A stretch of 8,888 nt of DNA. It comes from Azolla caroliniana. Taxonomy: Eukaryota > Plantae > Polypodiophyta. The stretch is from assembly GCA_043228905.1 (NCBI GenBank), contig JBHGNT010001407.1, positions 1-8,888 of the forward strand, in the 5' to 3' direction. The notes below the pieces were generated by a model. It was not told the DNA's origin, made no database searches, and saw only the letters and a list, made by a program, of their open reading frames with translations. Positions 1-6,932 of this stretch are shown here, in pieces. Every line of letters begins with the position of its first letter. Positions within the stretch are counted from its first letter, which is position 1. A program made the position numbers and the translations under genes.

Positions 1-164
1 AAAATGTGACACAACTGTTGCTCAAGGTTATACTAACACCACATAAGTAGTTTTATAGCCAAATAAGATGTTGATCCACATGTCTTGGGAAATCATAGCC
101 CCCATTCTAGAGTTTTGGAGGATTTTATAACAATTTTGATATATTCATTTTTTGTCTTTCATAG

Positions 165-338
165 ACCAATCCAACCCTCAGCAAGGCTTTTATTGTTGAG
201 TATGAATCGGCAAAAGAATGTTTCATTACTAATTATTATGGTACCAAAGCAATAACAAAGGCATTGCTTCCTCACTTTCGCCATTCTCCATATGGAGGTC
301 GTATCATCAATGTTGGATCAAATTTTGGAAAACTTAAT
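165..338 (+). CDS. SDR copy 1 (carbonyl reductase / (+)-neomenthol dehydrogenase-like), penultimate exon; gene is 5'-partial (upstream exons lie outside the window)
   Basis: Pyrimidine-rich acceptor ...tttcatAG (163-164) and donor GTaag at 339. 174 nt = 58 open codons, TNPTLSKAFIVEYESAKECFITNYYGTKAITKALLPHFRHSPYGGRIINVGSNFGKLN, containing the family motifs TNYYG and GRIINVGS (catalytic Ser). Same length and boundaries as the paralog exon 6602-6775. Confidence 0.92.
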
Positions 339-494
339 GTAAGACCCTCTCGTTGACAATGTACCATGAATATTGATTTCATGTTTTCTTTAGGGACTTA
401 TAGTTTGTCCCTCCCTCTTTAGCATATTCACATGAAACAATGAGGACATAATGGTTGCCCTATACTTACAGTGTTTATTTACTTTCTTATGTAG

Positions 495-893
495 AATCTT
501 CAAAACATACAATTACGAGAAGAGTTGTCCAACTTAAACAACCTTTCGGAGAGCTACATTGACACAATAATAAGCAACTACTTGAATGATGCAAAATTGA
601 AAACATGGGAGAGCAAGGGTTGGCCATTAACATTCCCAAACTACAAGATGAGTAAGATTGCTTTGCATGCATTTACTAGAGTGCTAGCAAGGGACATTGA
701 TCAGAGAGTTGATGGACAAAAAATATACGTCAATTGTGTGCATCCCGGCTACGTTCAAACTGAAATGACAGACTATAATGGAAACTACACTCCTGAAGAA
801 GGTGCTGAGTACATATTGAGAGCAACTCTCATTGCTGTTGAAGATTGTCCTTCTGGGCAATACTTCCATAAGGACAAAATCGATGAATTTTGA
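495..893 (+). CDS. SDR copy 1, final exon (132 aa + TGA)
   Basis: Acceptor tatgtAG (493-494), phase 0 with the previous exon. Extends ORF 525..893. Contains catalytic YxxxK (YKMSK), NCVHPGYVQTEM and the C-terminal TPEEGA...PSGQYF typical of CBR1-like/plant menthone-reductase-type SDRs. Confidence 0.95.
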   Translation, partial: NLQNIQLREELSNLNNLSESYIDTIISNYLNDAKLKTWESKGWPLTFPNYKMSKIALHAFTRVLARDIDQRVDGQKIYVNCVHPGYVQTEMTDYNGNYTPEEGAEYILRATLIAVEDCPSGQYFHKDKIDEF

Positions 894-1007
894 GACCTAG
901 ATGTGTGCCGAGCACATATTGAGAGCAACTCTCATTGTTGTTGAAGATTGTCCTTTTGGACAATACTTCAATGAGGACAAAATCGATGAATTTTGAGACC
1001 TAGATGT
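802..1007 (+). repeat. 103-bp tandem duplication spanning the last ~30 codons and the stop of SDR copy 1
   Basis: Unit 802-904 (gtgctgagtacatattgagagcaactctc...ttttgagacctagatgt) is repeated at 905-1007 with about 7 substitutions. The paralog has a single unit. Confidence 0.95.
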
Positions 1008-1091
1008 GGAAATTTTCCATTCACATATTTCATTTCTTGTTTGTTTATTTTGTATGCATCTTTGACATTTGTATTGAGTAATGATAGAGAT

Positions 1092-1097
1092 AATAAA
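1092..1097 (+). promoter_or_regulatory. Candidate polyadenylation signal AATAAA for SDR copy 1
   Basis: AATAAA ~200 nt after the stop, following a T-rich 3' UTR. Motif only; the paralogous position (~7428) reads gttaaaatg. Confidence 0.3.
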
Positions 1098-1219
1098 GCA
1101 TTGGTAAAGAGAATGTAATAAGATGTGAGTATTGTGCACCAAGTCAATGCTACCTAGTCTTGCACATTTTCAATCTTTCTTTAAATGGGTTTTATAATTA
1201 TAATTGTTTTTTCTTCTTA

Positions 1220-1271
1220 AATTTGTACTAACTAAAGCTATAGTTAATTTGTACTAACTAAAGCTATAGTT
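1220..1271. repeat. Perfect 26-bp tandem duplication
   Basis: aatttgtactaactaaagctatagtt at 1220-1245 and 1246-1271; single diverged copy in the paralogous flank (~7538-7563). Confidence 0.95.
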
Positions 1272-1456
1272 GCATTATGAAAAACAATGCATTTACACCG
1301 CGTAGGTAAGTTGGTAACCACAAAGGCATGAAGTTGCACATTGCTTAGTTGGAACAAAATAGAAAATTGTAGGTATACCACGGTATTCTATAGAAAAACT
1401 GGCAAAAGACTGACCAATACCCAAATAAGCTAAAAAGAGTCTGAGGTACACACACA

Positions 1457-1861
1457 TAACAATCTATAACGGTTCGGTTTGAACCGAACCGAACCGCGAA
1501 ACCACGACTTAATGGTTTCAATGGTTCGGTTCGGTTTCAACAATCAGAAACCGCAGTTTAAACGGTTTAATGGTTTTTTTTTAATTTTTAAAATTTGTTT
1601 TTAAACAATCTTTTCATTTTTAGACCTTATTCTCACATTTTAGGAACATCTTTAAAATTTTAAAAAATGAAATATTATAAATTTAAAATTTTACCTAAGT
1701 TGAAAACCGAAACCGAGCCACGAACCCGTGGGTTTAACGGTTTGAAAATGTTTAATGGTTCGGTTTAACGGTTTCTTGGTTCGGTTCATGTTTCAAAAAA
1801 TTTAAACGGTTCGGTTTTGACCCTCTCAAACCAAACCAAACCAAATTGTTGCCGATTGTTA
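1457..1861. mobile_element. Non-autonomous hAT-like DNA transposon (MITE), 405 bp
   Basis: Left end TAACAATCtatAACggTTcGGTTTG matches the reverse complement of the right end TAACAATCggcAACaaTTtGGTTTG. 8-bp flanking direct repeat CACACACA at 1449-1456 and 1862-1869. Many subterminal AACCG/CGGTT motifs surround an AT-rich core. An 8-bp TSD and TA-starting TIRs fit hAT. Confidence 0.75.
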
Positions 1862-2256
1862 CACACACACACACTCACTCAATTGTAGCTATGAAGGCTG
1901 CCCTATACCCAACTTCATAGTTGGAAGGCTACAATAGGCTGCTTCTTGCTCAACCAAGATATGCATGAGCTACCAAGCATGAAGTAAAAACCACGAGTGT
2001 CATAGCAACTAACCCACGAGTACAAATTGAATATTAGATCAGGTTATGCATAAATAAATCAAGCATCCAACTGCATGCTGATAGAGAGCAACATCAAATG
2101 CATCTCTAGTATCATGAAGGGTCAATCGTAAACCTATCTCCATGGGAATGGCAATAGGTTTACAATCTTCAAGGTCAAACCGCAACAATAATGTGTGAAT
2201 GTATTTCGATTGACACAAAGCTATTCAAACGTAAACCTATCTCCATGAAAGACAAG

Positions 2257-3222
2257 TGGGGGGACGAGTTAGAAGCGAAAATTAAATGATGAATATTAGT
2301 CTCAGGTGGCTCATGAGTTCTTCTTGGGTGGTTGGTGTGTTTGTTATTAGTGGTTCATTGTGCTTGTCTTTGGGTGGTTTGTGTGTTCGTCTTAGGTGGT
2401 TCATTGTGCGCGTCTTGGGTAGTTTGTGTGCTCGTCTTTGGTGGTTCATTGTGATTGTCTTTGAGTGGCTCGTGTGCTTGTCTTTGGTGGTTTGTGTGCT
2501 CGGTCTTCAATCTTCGGCATTCATGTGATTGTCATTAGGCATTCATCACCATCATCCTCTTCTTCTTCGTATTCCTCTTCTCCCTTCATTACTCGTCTTT
2601 GGTGTAGTTTTCTTCGAAGTTCACGTCTCCTCATTCGTGATTGCATGGAGTCGTCATTGGTATCTCTTTCCATCCTCTACTCTTTTGCCTAGGGTTTCAA
2701 CACTTGGTGGAAGTAATAGGAGTGATTCGGCATTCAAAAAGGGACGCTCCACCCCCCTATCATTTTCTATCTCTCGCTAGAGCTTGTGGTCAACTTGAGG
2801 TTGGCACCGTTGTAGCCACTCACCAACCCTTTTATTCTAAACTTGTGCTCCTTGTATTAATCATGTGTCTAATCTCTCTTGTCTAAGTGCCCAAGATGAT
2901 TTATTTTGTTTGGGCAAAACCTTGTGATTCTGTGTTTCCGTTGTCGCGTTGTCGTGCATGCGTGCTACTCGGGTGGGACCACGTGGGTCTTGGACTAGGG
3001 AGTTTGGAAAGGTAGAGAAGTTTGAAGGTTTTCTTGGTCAAAGGCAACCCTCGATCTAGTGATAGCTTGTCAAGAGTTGCACTCGACGAGTTTTAGGTTG
3101 TCAACCTCTGCCTTGTCGACCTTTGCTTTGTTGACCCTTTTTGGTTACAGATCTCAATGTTGCGTCATGAAAATCCACCAATATGTGTGGATCGTGAGGC
3201 GGAACCGCCAGTTTTCTCAACC
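2257..3222 (+). mobile_element. Possible LTR-retrotransposon LTR remnant / solo LTR (boundaries uncertain)
   Basis: GC-richer block starting TGGGGGGGAC and ending ttttctcaacCA. It contains a minisatellite and a degenerate TATA-like ttcaaaaaggga followed by a C/T-rich tract, a layout seen in plant Ty3/gypsy LTRs. No clean TSD (caag/gaag) and no coding evidence. Confidence 0.3.
2306..2508. repeat. GT-rich minisatellite, 9 units of 22-24 bp
   Basis: Units start at 2306, 2328, 2350, 2374, 2396, 2419, 2441, 2465 and 2487; consensus GTGGTT(CAT/TG)TGTGCTYGTCTTTG. Confidence 0.9.
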
Positions 3223-3232
3223 AGAAGGAATT

Positions 3233-3546
3233 AAGGCTTACATACACAACATGAATGTTCAAACATTTTGTGAAAAGGAGATGTGTATGGGCACGCCTGA
3301 ATCAACCCCAAGTCACAAGACGAATGAACCCACAAGAGGAAGGCTTACACACAACACACAAATGTTCGAATGCCTTTGTGAAAAGGAGAGGTGCATGGGC
3401 AAGCCCGAATCAACCCCTCATCACAAGACGAATGAATGCACGAGAGGAAGACACACACACGACACGAATGTTTGAATGCCTTTATGAAAAGGAGGGGTGC
3501 ATGGGCAAGCCTAAATCAACCTCTAGTCACAAGATGAACGAACGCG
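3233..3546. repeat. Tandem array of ~107-bp units (~2.9 copies)
   Basis: Anchor tgaaaaggag at 3271, 3379 and 3485; shared atgggcaMgcc..aatcaacc....tcacaaga in each unit. Confidence 0.92.
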
Positions 3547-4111
3547 ACGGGTATGGCATCCCGATACAAACTACATCTACTGCATAATCACTTGCATCAG
3601 TCTCAGTCTTGTAAGTTTTAGATGGGTTTGGTGAGAGAAGTGAAGAAGCTTTCCAAAATAACTATTGTCAAGGTACTTTCCTCAAAGACGTTTATATACA
3701 TTAAATTAAATTTAAGTGAAGGTAAACATGTTAACTTCATGAATATGACTCAATGTATCAGTGATAGTGCTCAAGGATCCTCTACGATATCATATCGAGA
3801 AATCAAAGTCTTGATTGCGATTTTTTGATCCTACCTTACGACCCATGATGTCTTGTTGGTCACAGAAATATTTCAAGGAGTAGTAAATAATCTATAATTA
3901 CCACAAAACGATTTCCATATAGGTAATATCTCCATAACTTAAGAAAACTTTTTTTCTTGAACTGAGTACCAACACGGAGTAGGAGTAAGTTTGTACTCTC
4001 AAATGTGGTGGGTTTGACATTGTGCTATAAAACTGCCGCTACCACATAATCAGTTACATCAGTCTCCAACTCAAACGGTTTAGATGGGTCTTATAAGAGG
4101 AGATAAAGCTT
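3541..4111. repeat. Pair of diverged ~110-bp direct repeats (3541-3651 and 4002-4111)
   Basis: cataatcacttgcatcagtctc...tttagatgggt...aagctt vs cataatcagttacatcagtctc...tttagatgggt...aagctt; spacing ~461 bp. Confidence 0.7.
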
Positions 4112-4226
4112 GACACACATGTTCTTTGAGTGGTCTAAATGACTCATCCTAAGGGATTGGTTTTGTGGCGCAGTTCTTAGTGAGTTCAATAGGCAACCCA
4201 TTATTGGTAGCTTGTCCTAGAGACAA

Positions 4227-4369
4227 AAAATGCTTTACCGATATAGGTACATGATATACATATGGAATGTTTTCGTACCAATGCGATGATCATTTGTCAT
4301 TATCTAACATCGCATTGGTACGAAAACATTCCATATGTATATTATGTACCTATATCGGTAAAGCATTTT
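4227..4369. repeat. Near-perfect inverted repeat: 62-bp arms, 19-nt loop
   Basis: 4227-4288 is the reverse complement of 4308-4369 at 61/62 positions; the only mismatch is G4253:T4343. Confidence 0.97.
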
Positions 4370-4728
4370 GTACCTATATTATGAAAACAAAGGTAAGTAG
4401 GTACGAAATGGATATTAGAATTAAACTATGATCTTATACATATATGTAATAATGTATGTGTTTAGATATACTCACACTGAAATGTGTGGTGCTCTAGCCT
4501 TTAAATACATCGTACATCTACATATGTTTAGATAATACTCTTGCCTTTTATATACATATCATCTAGCAAGACCTGGAAACAGAATTGATCAAATATCAGT
4601 GGAGCAAATGTGTTTTAAATGTCTTTTTTTTTGTTCAGATTTCGTTTTCTTCATTACATCAATTTATGGGACCCTAGTCAGCAAAGGGTCAAGTCATTAC
4701 CCACTCAATATTCGGCGTATTCTAAAGA

Positions 4729-4830
4729 TCAAACGTGAACGCCTCTTTATGTTATTTAATCTAGAATTGATATTCTGAGTACAACTTTTCAAACGTGAAC
4801 GCCTTTTCATGATATTTAATCTTGAGTCTA
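4729..4830 (+). repeat. Two ~42-bp imperfect direct repeats (period 60) just upstream of the SDR copy 2 ATG
   Basis: tcaaacgtgaacgcct.tt.atg.tatttaatct.ga at 4729 and 4789. Confidence 0.85.
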
Positions 4831-4862
4831 AAGCTGCAAAAGGCAGAAGAAGAAGCCTAACC

Positions 4863-4879
4863 ATGGAGAACGATAACAG
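4863..4879 (+). pseudogene. SDR copy 2, putative first coding exon (MENDNR, split codon)
   Basis: aaccATGG start context; AG|GTtata donor at 4880 gives the phase-2 junction needed by exon 2 (ag+g = Arg, then SWWTGK). Short exon, inferred from phase compatibility. Confidence 0.6.
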
Positions 4880-5221
4880 GTTATACACAGAGAAAATGAG
4901 AGCTTGTAGATTAGGGTTTGTCTCTAATCCAAAATATTCCTCAAAAATGTTTAGCTTGGCAATGTTTCCCATAATTAGGGTTGCATAATGTTGCATAATG
5001 GCCAATGAATCAACAAATCTGACGCCATTTCAGCAGTTGTAGCTCAAAGAGTTGCCAATGGTAGCGGCATCACATTCCTTAATGAAAAAACATCCATATA
5101 TTGTTTTTCCTAATGTCTATTAGACACCGAAATATGACCCTTTACACATGTAGCTCAATGTTATCATTCTCGAGTCCTTCGAATTGTAACACACTACACT
5201 ATGATGATGAATTGTGATTAG

Positions 5222-5518
5222 GTCCTGGTGGACGGGCAAGGGACTAGTAGCCGTGGTCACGGGAGGTAGCAAAGGCATTGGACTCGAGTTGTGCCGCCTC
5301 TTTGCAAAACATGGTCTCATTGTTGTATTGTCGGCTCGGAGAATCGAACGGGCCTCAATGCCCTCAACCACCTCAAGCAACAACTAATTCAAGAAGAATC
5401 TAAAGAGAAAGAAGATGAAGGGAAGCTCTATTTCCACCAGCTGGACATCACGGATCCCCTATCCATCTCTCGCTTTGCCGCTTGGATTGAATCAACCTTT
5501 GGTGGCTTAGATATCCTT
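5222..5518 (+). pseudogene. SDR copy 2, exon 2 (Rossmann fold; contains frameshift)
   Basis: SWWTGKGLVAVVTGGSKGIGLELCRLFAKHGLIVVLSAR in one frame, then GLNALNHLKQQ...YFHQLDITDPLSISRFAAWIESTFGGLDIL in another frame (ORF 5291..5560). Acceptor at 5220-5221, donor GTaaat at 5519. Confidence 0.9.
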
Positions 5519-5560
5519 GTAAATATTCTCCCTCCCTCTCTTCCCCTTCTACAAGCATAA

Positions 5561-5607
5561 CCAAGGGACTACCTAATAACCAAGAGACAACTTATGTAGT
5601 CCCTTGG
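5561..5607. mobile_element. Tiny inverted-repeat element in intron 2 (MITE-like, TAA-flanked)
   Basis: TAA-CCAAGGGACTAC...GTAGTCCCTTGG-TAA: perfect 12-bp inverted termini with TAA at 5558-5560 and 5608-5610. Confidence 0.4.
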
Positions 5608-6222
5608 TAAAGTGTTCATTTGAATATAGGAATGATGATTTTGGCATTTCCGAGTTCTTAATGTACATGTGACAACAACAATCATGTTTGCTAAGTCATT
5701 AGAAAAAGAAGATAAGAATCATGTTCCTTTAACCTTGGTTCATGTAGCATATTATTCTCATATGTATTTGCATCATCGGCTATAACTTATCGAAGTATGT
5801 TCATATAAAACTGCTCAGTCCCATGGTCTCTCTTAACATGAGACAAGGAAATACATCATAATCACATACAAGAAATCTCACTAGGCGTTGTAACGTTTGT
5901 TGTAGAAAGAGTTGATATGTAGTAGTTTCAAGTCACTAGTTATTGTCTAAATTCTTGATGACTACATCTAACCCAAGGCTTTGTAAAAGTTATAAACCTG
6001 AATGCAATTTTGTAAGGTCATTTTTAGTGTTAGTTTTATTTATATTTATTTATATTTACTTGTATTACTAGACATGCGAGGATCGAATAATGATGAAATG
6101 AAATCATCATGGTCTAGCTTTTTGGACACATTAAACCCATGGACAAATGGGGTATGATTTTTAGTTCAAGGGATTAATATCAATTTACCTAACATTACTT
6201 CCAATGTTCTCATCAACTCTAG

Positions 6223-6303
6223 GTTAACAACGCTGCAATAATCGACTCACCTATTAACGTTGAATACGTTCACGGGATCAATTTAACTATGCATGACTTA
6301 TTG
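6223..6303 (+). pseudogene. SDR copy 2, exon 3
   Basis: ctctAG|gtt aac aac gct gca... = VNNAAIIDSPINVEYVHGINLTMHDLL, 81 nt, donor GTaaga at 6304; completes the LDILVNNA motif. Confidence 0.88.
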
Positions 6304-6601
6304 GTAAGAATATCTTTTTAATCAATATTATTCTTGTAGTTTGTGTTTAATAAAGTGACGAGATAGTAATAACATGTCCCCCAAACCCATATATATTTTT
6401 AAAAGAGAATGGTGACAACAAAATGATCATAGTGCAAATATCCCAAAACTTGACCCAAAAACAAAACGCCACAAAACTGTTGCTCAAGGTTACACTGACA
6501 CCAAGTAGTTTTAGAGCCAAATTGGTATATCACAACCCCCGTTCTAAAGTTTTGGAGGATTTTGTACCAAATTTGATATATTCATTTTTTGTCTAACATA
6601 G

Positions 6602-6775
6602 AACAATCCAACCCACACTAAGGCTTTTATTGTTGAGTATGAATCCGCAAAAGAATGTATTGTTACTAATTATTATGGTGCCAAAGCAATAACGAAGGCA
6701 TTGCTTCCTCAAGTTCGTCATTCTTTGTATGGTGGCCGTATCATCAATGTTGGATCGGTTTTTGGAAAAGTTAAT
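6602..6775 (+). pseudogene. SDR copy 2, exon 4
   Basis: 174 nt, NNPTHTKAFIVEYESAKECIVTNYYGAKAITKALLPQVRHSLYGGRIINVGSVFGKVN; AG/GT boundaries match 165-338. Confidence 0.92.
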
Positions 6776-6932
6776 GTAAGACCCTCTCATTGAGAATTTC
6801 CCATTAATATTGATTTTCATGTTTTCTTTAGTGACTTATAGTTTGTCCCTCCCTCTTTAGAATATTCACATGAAACAATGAAGACACAATGGTTGTCATC
6901 ATATTAAAGTGTTTATTTACTTTCTTATGCAG

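Larger units (their letters stand above)
1..1390 (+). repeat. Tandem gene-duplication block, copy A (homologous to ~6463-7670)
   Basis: Intron, both exons, 3' UTR and 3' flank align with 6463-7670 (e.g. actgttgctcaaggtta; ggaacaaaatagaaaat). Similarity is lost after ~1390/~7670. Confidence 0.92.

Noticed and set aside
802-1000. Alternative splicing from AG|GT at 802 to the AG at 899-900 to swap in the duplicated C-terminus
   Set aside because: The joined product is out of frame with the second unit, and the acceptor lacks a good pyrimidine tract.
487-1142. Minus-strand ORFs 487..672, 684..869 and 897..1142 (also 5120..5383, 6593..6820, 6925..7110)
   Set aside because: Antisense shadows of SDR exons/UTR; their mutual similarity simply reflects the gene duplication.
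2286-2886. Four overlapping plus-strand ORFs of 75-83 aa
   Set aside because: Low-complexity products of the minisatellite and CT-rich tract; no recognisable domain.
2306-3546. CRISPR-like reading of the repeat arrays
   Set aside because: Units are contiguous and degenerate with no unique spacers, there are no cas genes, and the context is eukaryotic.
3622-3828. 68-aa ORF and short palindromes (cgatat-c-atatcg, aatcaa-agtc-ttgatt)
   Set aside because: No motif or splice support; stems of 6 bp are expected by chance in AT-rich DNA.
4365-4404. Patchy resemblance (attatgaaaacaa, aggtaagt.ggta) to the copy 1 3' flank at ~1275-1316
   Set aside because: Needs a 16-bp gap, is AT-rich and does not extend; cannot be distinguished from chance by eye.
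4912-4919. Telo-box-like TAGGGTTT in intron 1 (also ~2690)
   Set aside because: Single short motifs without associated site II elements; not evidence of function or of telomeric arrays.
4697-5005. 102-aa minus-strand ORF with an internal repeat (SRLNxxKRRSRL)
   Set aside because: The peptide repeat is just the 60-bp promoter duplication; it lies antisense to the SDR start and first intron, with no other support.
5917-5969. Imperfect inverted repeat atgtagt...tcaag / cttga...actacat in intron 2
   Set aside because: Short, gapped, no TSD.
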